A DNA stretch of 63,110 nt from Octopus bimaculoides. Lineage: Eukaryota. The DNA is taken from assembly GCF_001194135.2 (NCBI RefSeq), contig NC_068993.1:54228346-54291455 (forward strand), in the 5' to 3' direction. Made by a program: the position numbers and the translations under genes. The notes under the pieces were generated by a model that was given only the letters and a program-made list of their open reading frames with translations, was not told the origin of the DNA and searched no databases. Positions 10,501 through 25,500 of this stretch are shown piece after piece; position 1 is the stretch's first letter; every line of letters begins with the position of its first letter.

Positions 10501-13500
10501 TTACCAAAGTTGCGTTTTCTGCTTCAAAGGACATAAAATTCTTAGTTCCAAATGGCTGCTAACCCTCTACAAGCAAAATATGCCTTACACTCGTCTGCAA
10601 CTATGCACTCACTACAGACAAGCATACACAATTCTACAGACTTTCTGATTGACAAACCCAGCCACGTTCATCAATTCTCTTCAAACATTATCCCATCACC
10701 ACAAAAACTGTGTCTTTTCTCACTTTACTCTAACTGCTTCTACTATATATCCTATGCTCACACTCTTGAGCCCTGCATTTTTTGAAGAAAGAGATTTGGT
10801 AGCCAGATACCCCGAATAATTAGCATTCAGTCTATTGAGGAACTGTTAATAAAATTACTACACATATATACATATATATATATATATACATTTACCTTGT
10901 TACTAGACGTTTCTTTTTCTTTTTCTTTGTCTTTTTCTTCTTGTTCTTTCTGAGCATTAGTATCAATGAATTCCAGGAAATCTTCTAATAAATCTAATGA
11001 TAACAAACTTTGGCTGAAAACTAACCTAAAATAGAAACAAAACAGTTTCTATAATCAAAGTTGACGATTTAGTTGATTTCAATTTAAACCACATCCAACA
11101 TTTTTTGTAATGTGGTATAGTGTTTAAGTTGAGGGGAAAGAGACTCAACTTGATTTTCATTAAAATATACGATCCAAGGACGGCATCTGCTGTGTAGGTC
11201 ATGTCAGGCAATAAATAATCCAATGGAAGAAAGGAATAAAAACAAATGTAAAGTCTATGTATAAAAATGTCAACTCTGCAATGTTTTGTACATAGATAAG
11301 ACATGTTGCTTGGCTGACCAATACAGAGCACCTGCGTGATATACCTCACAATCATGGGCTCCGTAAACCTGTAACATGCCATTTTAACTCCATGAATTAC
11401 CCCAATGCCATTTTCCTATCTTCAGTTTAACCCAACCACACCTCTCCCAGTTACTAAGCTAATTTGCAAACAACTTTTCAAATGGGTAAATGTTTTCCAT
11501 TTGATATTCATAACTTTATTGTCCAGTCCCAATTCCTTTCTTTCCTTCTTTTGCTCCCTCCTGTGATGGATAGGGACGTATACCAGCTAAGACCCTTCCA
11601 CTCACACCAACATGTTTATATATGTATATACACTGCTGTGCCTACCAATAAGCACACATCACTAACTGCAGCTGTTTCACACTTAGCTAATGTCCAACAC
11701 TTCTAACCACCATCCATCTCCCCACTTCTTACATCTTCCCACCACATAAACTGCATCCTCCAGTGAAAGCTATCCACTTCCTTCCACCATCTACCACCAC
11801 TACTTTAAAGCTGCTTATCTACTTACCCACTTCATCCATCTGCCCACAATCTACATAGCCATTAACCCACATCCTTCATTAATTATTGTCTTGATTATCG
11901 AATGACAAAGTTGGGGGTCCTCCCCCCATTTTTCCTGTCTCTAATATCTTCATAATGGACATTTGCTCAAAACTGATGTATTTTTACTGTTTCTCATGGC
12001 AAATACATTGCCTTTACATTTATTTTTTAAAGATTATCTTCCATATCATTTCCAAAACATATCAATGCAGTTAGAAAGTTACAAACATCTTTAAATAAAA
12101 TAGTAAACATTAAAGTATAACAAAAAATTGTCTCTACTAAGTTGGGACCAACTGCAGAGACAGTTACAAATTTCCAACAGACTTTTCTTGTTTTTAAAGC
12201 AAAACATATATTGAAAGAATAACAATTTAAAACCTATTTATAAACAAAACAAGGTCTGGGTTTTGTAATATTTCAATAAAACATCATATACTTACACTTT
12301 ATCACCAATTTCTTCACACATTTGTAAGATGTCAAATGTTAATTTCAGTTTTCCAGAAAGCTCTAAATTGTGACAATCTGAATCACTTAAATATTCTGAC
12401 CACCATTCTGAACTGACAGGACAATCTTTCTCTTCTTTCTCTTCAACTACAGGATCCGCTATAATTAGAAGAAAGTTTATACATATGGAAATTGTTCACT
12501 AATGCAAATAAACAAACAGACGCATTTTCAATGCACTAACATGTTCAGAATAAAAGACCAATGAAAAGCAGATAGTTAAAAGAAAAATCAGGATTTGTAA
12601 TGGATAACATCAGAATTGTAAATAGATAACATAATGGATAACATCAGAATTGTAAATAGATAACATAAAGGATAACATCAGGATTGTAAATAGATAACAT
12701 ACAGGAGTAGCTTCTGGGTACTGTCACTGTGCACACAGGGGTGGGTTCTATCTATAGAAGACTGAAGACACAGAACCACATTGCCAAATGTGTCCTTCCT
12801 TTGTTTAAGATGGCAGTGTGCATTTAAGTGATTTTGGCTGCTATTTCTCACAAGTTGAAAGACCATGTAGAAGCTTCTTTACTTCTCCATAATCACTCAA
12901 CCTAATTAATTAATTAATTAAACCTAGAGATGGAGGTGTAGCTCAAGACAATCGAGATCGAAAGTCAAGTAAGAAGACTTGGTATGAGACGGGATCAAAC
13001 AATTAAGAAAACACTCACCTTCTTCAACACCACCACGAGATCTAGTTTTCCATTCTTTGACAACTTCTGCTTTATCATCATCAGATCTGAAACATTTACA
13101 GTAAAAACAATGAAAAACATATGTATATGGGAATTGTAACTTAACAATCACTGCAACGTCAGAAATGTGATGAAAATAGGGGTTCTATTCTGATTTTTTT
13201 TTTTTCCCTCATAATTTATAATTAAAGGAAAGAAGCAGTTATCAATGATCCATGTAGATTCTCCAATATGCTTGAGATTGATGTTGTTTGTATTCAGTTT
13301 CAATGTTTGCAAGAAAAGAGTGGGCAGGAAGAAGTTCTGGTGCCACATAAAAAGCACCCAGTACCCTCTGTAAAATGTTTGGCAATAGGAAGTGCATCCA
13401 GTCCATGCCAATACAGACAATGGAGCCAGGTGCCAGCATGGAAAACAGACATTTAAATGACGACAATGATGATGATGATGATGATGCTGATCTGTGGAGG

Positions 13501-16500
13501 AATGACTTATCATGTAGACCAATGGTCCCAATGATGAAAGATGCTCCAGTTGTGACCATTTCGTTTTATTAGTTTACTTAAAATTACACTATCCAAAGTA
13601 TCCTTCTTTTAATTTAGATGGTAGTAAGGCACGAACAGAGAGATATTTGGTTCCTATTTCTAGCATGCTGAGTATCCACACAGAGGATCTTTTAGCATGA
13701 ATGTGTAAGTGGTAGTGAAACTGGCAAAATTAGAAGTAAGTTTTGGATGAGTCAGTGATGTGATGTGTTGCGTTGGCAGTAAAACAAGCAGCAGACTTAG
13801 ACATTTGCTTTAAGCCATTTGTCAAACATGTCTATTTGTGGTATTTGAAGCAAAGCACTCCTACTGTTCTCTCCGTCTATGGGGACTATGTGGTAGGTAG
13901 CTAGAAACAATTCAGAAAATACTGCATCAGCTGCAAAACCTGGGATAACACAGAAGAGGGGAAAATAAATATAGGGGCCTGACCGGCCACTATCAGTTTC
14001 TGTCAGTTGCTTTTAAGACCTCAGGTGTTCTCTGACTCTGCACTACCAATTTCCGCTGCAAAATCAGGACAACAGTGGCCTGTCTGAGAAATGAGCCCCA
14101 TAAGGTGGAATGGGCTGCTCCAGCAAGTGCCACTGCCATGCTCCATGGTCATAATCGCCTGAACATGCCATTTATTTTGGGGGTGTGCAACCCGTCACTC
14201 CCTTCCCGTAATGCCTCCTCCTTTTTTTCTTTTTCTTTTTGTTTCCTTGTAATTAAACTGTGACAAATAAAACATGGAGATAAATTAAAACGAACAAACA
14301 AACAAAGCCTCACCCGCGTCGTCTTGAAGCTCTCGTTGCCCTGGTACTGGTGGAAGGCCGGCTACCACCAGAGGGAGGCGTAGCGTCTTCCTTGTCAGAG
14401 TTCTCAAAGCTTTCATTACTTGACGATCCATCACTGACGGATTCTTCAGTATCATCATCAATAAAAGAGTCCATATCATCATCAGAGTCATAACGTTTCT
14501 GAAAAATAATCAAATATTAATTAACACGTACTTCAAATAACATTTCTCATTTTTTATATTGTTTTCCTCTAAAATATCAACAATATTTGTTCCATTTTAT
14601 TTTTTATTTGATAGGTCAGAAGGAAAGAACAGTGCAGAGCTGTGGTCCTCAACCAAGGTCCATATGGCCCTTAGGGGTCCATATAAGATTTTGTTGTTAA
14701 AATTTATCTGCAATAAACTGGTCATACTTTTGCAATACACAAAATATTTTAATTTTTTTTCAATACAATTCTTTAATAATATTTAATTGTAAAAATATAA
14801 TAGGATTTTTTTCCCCCAACCATTTAGCATTCAGAGTAATCTGCCAAATGTAATGCTTATTTACTTATATTGTTTTGAATTAATCATGCATTATCTCATA
14901 GCTTTGAAATTTTGATGATGTGATGTGCTTCTGCAACTTAATACTGCAATAAAATATGAACTTACTTTATTTTCTTGTCTAATTTCGTTAAGTTTTAGCA
15001 CCCAAGGATGACTCCAGATCTTCATTAGGTTCTGGTAATCAGCAAATAATCCAACTGGCCGTTTGTCTACAGACCCAGCACCAGAAACATGTGAATAATT
15101 GTCTAGATATTTCTGGTATAATTCTATTTGTACATCAGACAATCTTACTAAAATAACATATTCCAGTTTAGGCGGCAGAAAGTCTGTTAAGACACTGTAA
15201 TCTCTCCTCTGAAATACAAAACAAAAAAAAAATGATGATGGCAAAGTGATTAGAAAAACATTTCAATGTCATTTATTTTCAATAAAGCATTAGAGTTAAT
15301 AATTTCTTCCACTGATACAAAACGAGCTACATTTAACCCTTTCATGACCAAATAGTAGCCTCAGGTTCAGTAGGGTCTTCTGAGAGAAAATAGATAGACA
15401 GAAACTGTGCAGAAGCCCACCAGAAGGATTTTTTTTTTTCATTCATCATTTAACATCCATTTTCTGTACTGGCATGAGATAGACAGTTTGACAGGAGCTG
15501 GCAAGCCAGAAGGTGGCACCAGGTACCAGTCGTCTGTTTTAACATGGTTTCTATAGTCAGTGGAATACTCAGTCACCTGTATTTTAATTTAACCCTTTAG
15601 CATCCAGATTACAGTCAAATGTAATGCATTTTTGTCCACATGTTTTAAATTATTCATGCATTATCTTGTAGCTTTGAAAGTTCAATAATGTGATTGTTTC
15701 ATTTTTAGAATGACATTGTAGGGTAGGTGTGAAAGATCAGATCTGGCTGGTTTGAACATAAAACAGTTAAAATTATTTGGGCCAGATACGACCAGTTTAA
15801 ATGCAGAGTTAATGAATATGTAGTTTAGCTGATCAATTAACTGAATATTCATCGCAAAAACCAACAGATAAGCTATCACTAGTAGCACACTGCAATACTA
15901 TGAAGAAAATTACAACCTAATACAAAATAAGATTCCACCTGAGTTTACCTAAATTTAGAATAGTTTTGAGCCTAATGCAAGAGCCTTTGTTAAATTTTTT
16001 ATTCCAAATACCATGTTAAATATACCAATAAACAGGAAAATTACAGTTGACATTAAAGAAGTCTAAATACACAAATATTTTAGAAATTTCTTGGAAATGC
16101 ATTCCACTTAGAAATATCTGAAAACAGTTAACTCTTTTGAGTTCATCATGGGTAAATGAATTGCATTCTTACCTGTACACAGCCATCCAAGAGATCATGC
16201 AATATGTGGGCACGTCTTTTCATAACTTTTACATCATATGAAGTGGAATCGGAACACTGCCCATTTGTTATGGGATTTACAAATCTGTTACAAAATTCTT
16301 TACGTGTTCCAAGTAAATTAGGCTTCACAAAACTAACCATACAATGATCTGAAAGTAAAAACAAAACACACTTTAAAAGTTAGTAAAAGGATACCTGGCA
16401 CTGCCAGGGAAATAAAGAACTTGGTTTGCAGTTAATTTGTATAAGAATCATGGTAAATCTGCACAAAAGCCTTATTTCAAACACCAAAGTTTGTGTTGTA

Positions 16501-19500
16501 ACATATTCTTTGTACTTCTTGGAATTTTACTGTGTGTGTGTGTGTGTGTGTGCATCCCCCCTTTCCAGCTCTACTACAGAAGGTGATGTCATTGTTTGGT
16601 CTGCTGCCAATGAAGTATGTTGATATTACTTGCTAATAAATTGTCTGCTATCTTTGCACTTAGAGATTCCTCTGGGTATAAATACATGAAAAACAGGTAA
16701 GGGTTGGCAAAAGTCCTGGATCCATGTATTTTCCAAGCACCATTCAAAATCAAGAATTTCACTTCATCCCATGGGACAAAGTGAAATTCATTACTAACCA
16801 GAAAAGGCTTTCTATTAGAAAGTTCTACCTTCTTTTTACTGCAAATCATACAATTATGCTAGTTGGTTATTCAAAAGTTACTGATTTGGTTGCAGCGGTG
16901 TTGGGTGTATTGGTTTTGGTGGAGGTCATATTGTTCTTGTTAATTGTATTATCCTTACTGTTTAGTCTCAAAACAAATCTTCACTGACCCAAGATCAAAG
17001 ACATTTTATGCAACTTCCAAAATACAATGAGGTGCTGCATTATCTCGTGTCATTGTCTTAATATTTTAGATGGAATTGCTCATATTATTCATACAATTGT
17101 TGTTGGTCATTAAAGAATTGGCAAGTTGGTAATGGCAGCAGTTGTATTGATTTCAATAGGAACAAATGCATATTTTACAACAGTCTACAAGAAAGAGATA
17201 GGGACACAATAGAAATAAACACTTACATTCTACTAAATTATTCTGTAATGGAGTTCCAGTGAGAACAATACGACGTTTTGTGTGAATTCTATTCATTGCT
17301 TTTGACACTCCTGAAGAATCATTTTTAAGAACATGACCTTCATCACACACCACTAAATCTGGACCTGAAAATAAAAATAAAAGAAAAGATAAAAGAAAGA
17401 TCCAACAAATGGAAAATTCAATAATGTGAGACAAGAAGACAGTGAGTTTCTGCACTAAAGCTGAATATCAAATCCTTAGTACCTCACTTTTAACAAAACA
17501 ACCAACAAATATAAATATATCTATGGTCAATTACTTTACGTTCTATCTGGAAGATTTCTAATCATTTATGATAATTTAAAAAGTAAATATTTTAAGAAAA
17601 GATTTTATATAGTTATAACCCAAGACAAAGTATTGCTTTTACACATTGACCTTTTAATTAGTACAAATTGTAGGATGGAGATCAACATCATTGCATTAAT
17701 GACTATTTTTTCACGTTTGCAAGGGTCAAATGAGAGTATGCTGGAGCAGAATTTTCTACAGCCAAATGCCTTTCCTGTCCCCAACCCCAACCTGTGTCTA
17801 AGGGAGGATAATAATTTCCCAGTTTATTGAGCAACAAATAGCCTGGACACGCCTATGTGAAAAACTGGAAACAAGCAACTGTGAAATTGCACACACACAC
17901 AATGGGTTCCTTTCAGTCTGTGTCAAACAAATCCACTTACAAGGTTTGGCTCAGCCTGGTGCTGAAGTAGAAGACACTTGGACAAATGGAGCAGAGTCAA
18001 ACTGTTATTTCACATATATGAGTTACACCTGCTTAGTTTTTTTAATGCAACAAACATCTAAAAAGGTTAAAACGGTTAACAAAATTTAACACATAAAAAA
18101 AGCTATTGTATACAAGAATTAGTAAGCTGACTTACCAGGATTAACAAGACAATCTTCAAAAATCTTTCTAAGTTTCTTATTTTTCACATGATGACCTTGA
18201 CTAAGATTTCTGTACATTTCATAACCTATGATCATAATACCGCCATTTTCATGCCAATTCTTCAAAACATCGGTACGATGAGAATTGTTCTTGATATTTG
18301 TCATTTCGTATACCTAAAAGATGCCAAAGAAAATACACATCACAGATCAATTTTATGAAATAAAACAAATGGCTTATATATAAAAACTAAGGGATAAGTC
18401 AAAGAGAATCAACTTCCATTTAATTCACATTTTCAGTAATACTGTGTAAAAATCTCACTTTAATATTACACCCAACAAATTTTACCATACTGCCAAGAAA
18501 CAATATTTTATTTAAAGCTATCAAATTTCTATTTCAGTTTTCCTCTTCATTTCTTAGATTTTCATTCATATTTATATTTACTAAATATTAAAATTAATGT
18601 TTACTTCTGTCACTAATTCTTTCTACTCTAGGGTGCAAGGCCTCAGATTTTGGGGGAGGGGGCTAGTTAATTACACCCATCCCAATGCTCAACTGGTGCT
18701 TATTTTATCAACCCAGAAAGAATGAACGGTAAAGTCAACACCCGTAACATTTGGACATTAACATCTCATCAAAATCTTGAAGCTATGATACAACATATAA
18801 TTTATTCAAACAGTTTGAATGCTAAAAGGGCAACAGAGGTACTTTTCAATAAGGTGATGTTGAAAAAAGTAAAAAAAAAAAAAAAAACATTTTGATTCAC
18901 CATTAAATCCTCATTTTCATCCCACTTCTCCCACTCATCTTTCCAATTAAGAACTGTATTCAATGGACAGACGACAAGACAGGTACTCATTTTGGTTTTG
19001 TTCCCATTCACCATGAGGGTGTGCACAAATGTAATTAGCTTGAAAGAAAAAAAAAATGAAGAATACAGCAATAAATATTGATTGAATAGTATCCAACAGA
19101 GAAAATTAATCTCTCAGTAAATTAAAACAACTTACAGATAAAGTTTTCCCAAGACCCATACAATGAGCCAATATACAACCGCCACCTTCCTCTTTCTTCA
19201 GCTGAGACAGGGTTTCAACACAACAATCAAACATAAACTGGACACCTGTAAAAGATGATAACAAGAAATATGATCTCAAGTAAAAAATAGAAATTAAGGA
19301 TGAATTATTGAAATTATGCTAATAAACAACATTTCTACATTACACTGTAATTAGTGAAGTACAAATATTTTTACCTTCAACTTGGTGGGGTTTCAGTTTT
19401 GTAATTAGATTACTGGCAACTTCTAAAATGGGTTTCTCTTCTTTGTCAAAGGCAAGAACCAACCTTTTGGTCACTGGGCATTTAGCTGGAACATTAGTGT

Positions 19501-22500
19501 CAGCTATCACTCGGTTGAACTAAAGGCAAAAAAGAACAACAGTGTTGAGACTATAGCTCATGTGACAATACAGAGTACAACATGTAACAATAGAGATATC
19601 AGCAAATGTAACTACAGAAATGTATTGCCACAGATATAAGAACAGGCAGAACAGTAACAGAACTAATGGGGGAGATCAAGTTAGAAGATCAAAAGCTTAC
19701 TTTCTTTTGTCGTTCATTGACACGTTTACGTCTTTCCTCTTCTGCTTTAGCTGCAGCTTTTGTACTATCGGTCAACTTCTTATCAGAAATAAGTTTACGA
19801 ATTTTCTTTCTTTTACTTGGTCCACGGGAATTTTTATCGTCGCCACTCTCTCCCTGCAAATACAACAGTATTGTTAGGAAAACAACTTAATAGTTCAATA
19901 AAAACCAAATGCATTAATCACAGGAATTAATTTCAGTTCAGTGTGTGTGTGTATATGTAGAGTAAACTTCTCTACAAGTTCATCAGCCCACTAGAAATAG
20001 CAACCAAAATGCCCTCAAATTAAACCCTATCTTCTTTAAAAAAAAAGGAAGACATGGAATACAATGTAAATCACAGAAGAAAAAAAATTACATAGGGATG
20101 GTCACTACAGAATCAGATTGACCAGCAGCTAACAACAGAAATACATTGGACATAAGAACAAGCCAAAATGCCTCCACTTACATCAGAATCTGATGAATTC
20201 CTTGGTGCTTTAATACGTTTCCGACGTTTTCCCTTCTTCCCTTTCTTGTTATATGACCGAGGTTTGCTGTCAGAATCAGAGTCATTTTTGCCTTTCTTCT
20301 TCTTTTTCTTTTTCTTCTTCGACCTCTCATCAGAGTCCTCCTCCTCCTCTTCTTCTGAAGATTCAGAACTAGTAACTGCACTACCACTGCCACTATCTTC
20401 TTCCTCTTCCTCGTCTTCATCTATCTCTGCATCTTCATCATCATCATCATCACTGTTTTTATTTTTCTTCCTAAATAATACAGAAATAAACTGATTATCA
20501 GATCAACTTAATCCATTACAAAAATCAATAATCTGACTGAAGAGAGAAGATAAATGGTATTTTCTCTCTTAGAATGTCATCTAATTTAAAAAACATATCT
20601 ATTTGACTGTCACACACAGTTGATTCCAGAAGTTACCACTATTTTCCTCTCTCTCTCTCTCTCTCTCTCTTTCTATGTATCTATAGGTGAATTGAATGGG
20701 TTATCCGAGTATCAGATCGAAAGCCTTACAGTAGCCATGTACTCAACTCTACCTTTAGGATAAATAAAGTACCACTCATTTCTTCTCTATACCTCCCTTC
20801 CCCTCAATGCTCTCTGGGAGAAATCAGCTTAGATTAGACCTGGAGAGAGACAGGCTTTGGCAGGTTTAAATGCCCAAGGTACATACTAAGGGTGTTGCAA
20901 TGCTAGGAGACCCAGGCACACATTAATTAACTATATAAACATGTATGGCTCAGTTATAATAATGTTTACATATAAGAGAAATGATGGTGAAACAATGTCA
21001 ATATTTCACACACACACACATCATCATCATTTAACATCCCAGTTTCATGCTGATATAAGTTGGACAGTTTGCTAGGATCTGCATAGTGGTCCAGTGTCAG
21101 CTTCGGGATGGCTTCTACAAAAGGATGCCCTTTCTAACACCAACACACACAGATAACAATGGTGAAAATAGAGAATGAGCAAAAAAAAAAAAAAGAGCGT
21201 CATGCTAATTAAATGACATGTACATTTTAGGTGTAGAAAAGCAATTAACATTATTTTGTGTAGTCAATCTGATTCGTCTCCTGTCTAGTAATTAAACAAA
21301 ATTAAAACTCTGCTCGCCTTTCTCCACATATTAAGAGCACCATTTGAAAGATTATTTGACAGCTAAAACATCATCATGATAATCAGAACATTCTTTTTTT
21401 AATTTTTAAGTGCTAGTGCATCTATCATGCCTTCCAGCTGTCACATTTTAGCTAAATAGACTGGAATGACATGCCTTGCCCAAGGATACAATCTGCTGAC
21501 GGATCCATGAATCAAGTTTATGACTTTCTCATCATGAGGCCAACATTCTAACCTCAAGGCCACTTATCTTCACATTTTAATTACTAAAAGACCACAAAGG
21601 CATTTTAATAAATGCCATCACCAAATGGGCTGAAAATAAGTAAATCCAACTTACCTTTCGGATTCATCTCCAGATTTATCAGATCCAGATTCTGACAGTT
21701 TTGCACGTAAAAGACGATTGCTTTTCTGTTTCTTCTTTGGATGGGAATCTGATTCGTCTTTTTTGTTCTTATCTGATCGCTTCCGCTTCTTGTTAGTAAT
21801 GATTTCTGGTGGGGGAATAAAACAGATTTCAACAGTTACAACCAACTTCATTGTGTGTATCAAGACAAAAAGCAGAGGAAGTAGAGGAAAAAATAAAGCG
21901 AAATGAAGAAAAACAATGAGATACCTGAATCACTGCTATCAGTATCGGAGCTATCATCATCGTCTTCCTCCTCTCCTTCTTTATCCATCATATTTAAAGT
22001 CATGGCTTTCTCTTCCTCCTCCTTTATTTTCTGATCAACTTCCTGCAGTAATTGAAGTCACACAAATAATGTAGTTATAATTAGCAAATTAGTACACACA
22101 TACAAAATAAAAAAAACATACTCCAATAAATTTTCTTTTTGTTTTGGTAAAATATCTTTTGTATCCCAGAATTAAGTTTTTACAAAATGAAACTATATCC
22201 AGTCGTGAGTTATTTTATGACAAATAAACTTCTTTGTCATAAAATATTTAATGTGAAAGAAACATGTAAAGGAGGCTCAAAATTCCCTGTCAAACCATCC
22301 CAGAATGGAAGGCGGATGTTAAATGATGATGAATAATGGTGATATTGCTCAATTCACTCAGGAAATGATTATGGCAGTAAATATGTTTTCTCTTGTCCAC
22401 CTTACTTTCCTGACGTTGTTCCACCTGAATGCCATCTTTTCAGATTGCTGCAACATTATTTCGAAGGAAAACAGTTTATTAATTGTTAAAAATGATACTG

Positions 22501-25500
22501 AGTGGTTTTTTTTTTTGCTTCAAAACCTGAAGAATTTAATACTAAAGGGGTCAACAATTTGTTAAATAGAGAAGATTATCAATTATGAGGTGAAATTCTG
22601 TTAAAATACAGAAATTTTCTTCCAATTAAATTTTTAAATAATGAGGAATATAGTAAAATAACTTCAATATTAAGTTTATGCTTGAAGCAGAATATAAAAT
22701 GAAATTTTAACAGAAAGTTTCAACTTAGATCACTTTAAACACTAAAGTCTCTAAATTAAGGGTGGCCTTGGGTGGTTGAGTATCAAAAGGGTAAATATAT
22801 CAAAAGACAATTGTTTCTTTCCATTTTGAAATCTGACAAGAATTTCTTTCAAAATAATATAATTTTCTAACTATTCTAAAAAGACATTTAAATAAAGTTA
22901 ATTACTAACTTCTTTGATAGACTTTTCTTCCTCTGAAGATTGCTCAGACTCTTGAGAGGAATCAGAAAATGATACATCTGCATTGTTTTCTCCAGCATTA
23001 GCTGCAAAAAAAACAACAAAACAATGAAGTCAATAAAGGAATACAGCACATGCTAACACAACACCCACAATCAATGCACACCACACTACACAAACAAAAG
23101 GTTGAACTACATCAATACAAACCTTTCTTTTTACTTTTGTTTCTCTTTGATTTGTCTGTTCCTCTCTTTCTTCTATCTCCTGACTTCTTTATAATAACTT
23201 TTTGAGACAATTTATTGATTTCTTTCTCCAGCTCAGAATCATAGTTAGAGGAATCTGAATGCTGTCCTTTCTCTTTCGCTTTGGTATCTTTGTTTGCTGA
23301 TGCCCCTGATCGACTCCGAGTGACTCGTTTCTTTACTTCATCTCCGTTCTTGTTTTTCTCATTAGTAGACGATTCCCTGGTTTTCTTTTGTCCCTTCACT
23401 GGAGATTCTTTTTCTTTTAAAGAGAAAGCAGGAACTAGTTTTTACCACATAAACACCAAACAGAAAGTTGTTGCTACAGAGTCCAATAAGGTTATGAGGC
23501 ATTAGATAAAATAAGTCAGAGGTAAGACATAAAAAATACACAATACCAGCTTTATCATACCCACACTCAGGACAAATTACACTTGGATCAAATTACTACA
23601 TAATTACATTGATTGCTCTCCCAGACTTGATCTTACTGCATCTCTGTTTGAATTTTAATCTGCATTTCATTGATATAACAATATTTGGTAAATTTCATAG
23701 TGGTTAGCAATAAACACCCACACAGTTAACCAACACACTGACATATATTACAGCCAATCACATTTGATAAAGGCTGTGATAGAAATTGGCAAACCTCAAA
23801 GGAACTGTTTCAGCTTTCGCACGAAATTACTAAAGGAATATTCTGTTTCACTGTGAGGTAATATAAGCTTTTGGTTCGATTGTGGTTGCAGACAATTCAG
23901 TCTAGTCCATATTATCTAAGATTCTCTCAAATTTCTTTCACTCTTACACATACATTAATCTATGTAACACTGTCATACATAAGCAGTTAAAGGATATATA
24001 ATTCATATAAATACATATAATTTAGTTGTTCACACAGACACATACCCAGTCATAACATTATGTGATGACAAACTTAGATTTATGCCTATAGCTGTTTGAC
24101 TATGCTATCTTTAAATTCTCTATTTCATTATACATTTCTCTGGGTACATTCAAATACAGTTAATTATCAGCAATTATAAAAGAATTTTGATGTTGGAGAT
24201 ATCTTTTGTTACATCAACTTGTTTGTATTCATTAGTGATCTGTATCACAATATTTTAAGTTTAATGACTACATCAACAATAAAATTGGTGACCTGACATC
24301 TTTTCTCACCAAATATATCAGCACCAAATTCAATAAAGGTAGATTTATGTATGGAACCATTTTTCTTATGGCTCTCTTTCTAAATGATCAACAAGCTGGA
24401 CAATGTGCCATCATCAATTTGGCTTAGATTGAGAAGCTGACCAAGTTCAGCACTAAATATTGTTGAAAGTTTCGACTTGTTCATCTACAGTTTATTTGTG
24501 CCATACCATCGTTATCATTTGATGCCTGATTTACATGCTGGCATGGGTTGGACAGCTTGACAAGAATTAATAGGCTAGAGGCCACACCAGGTTCCATAGC
24601 CTGTTTTGGCTTGGTTTCTACATCTGGATGCCTCTCCTAACGTCAACCACTTTACAGAGTGTAGTGGGTGCTTTTTACATCGCACCAGCACAAACACCAA
24701 TTCTTTTTACATAGAACTTTGGTCTTAGGATATTGTTTACATAGGATACACCAGCCCCACTAAAATCAGTGTTTAAATTAACAGTACAAAAATAAAGATG
24801 TTCTTCTGTGTTCTTCAAACTTTTAAGTCTGCCAATATTCTATAAATCAGTGTTGTAAAACTGATATAAAAAAAAAGCCAAACAGTAAAAATCAAAATAG
24901 AAAGTTTGTTTGCAATAGTGTCAGTAATAAAAAAACTGCAAAATGACCATGTAGAAACTGACTAACCTTTTTTGATCTTGGTTTTCCTATTTCGGCGTTT
25001 TTTGCGAGTGTAAAGATCACTGTCATCGCTGGAATCTGATGAATCACTGTCAGAAGCACTATTTACAGCAGCTAACTGCTTGTCCTCATCAGTAGCTTCC
25101 TTACATTTCTCTTTACCTATCTTACTATCGTCTTCATCATTAGACTCATCCATCTCATTTACCTTGACATCTTTTTCTTGTTTGACGGTCTTTTTATCTT
25201 TCAGTTTTTTCATTTCTTTTTGCTTCTTCGCTTCCTTCTGTTTCTTAGCTTTAATAGTCAACTTACTGTCGCTGTCATCATCATTGTCGGTCTTCTCCTT
25301 TTCTTTCTCAGATTCAGAGCTGTCGTCTTTCTTCTGGTCATTTGGCTGATTCCTGTTACTATCAGACTCATTTCTGTCATCCAAAGGATTGTTTTCATCT
25401 GACTCGTTATTACGCTCCTTCTCGTTATTCTTGTCTTTCCCATCTGAAGTTTTCTTCCTGTCTGACCGCCTTCGTTTCTTCTCACCTGCAGATTCACAAG

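Noticed and set aside
20168-20494. Plus-strand 108-aa ORF
   Set aside because: Antisense of ATRX exon 12.
23795-23860. Cryptic 56-nt poison-exon candidate in intron 7
   Set aside because: Weak donor (gtttgc) and no independent support. Such sites are common by chance.
24200-24490. Protein-like degenerate reading on the minus strand
   Set aside because: Interrupted by stops and matches no family I recognise.
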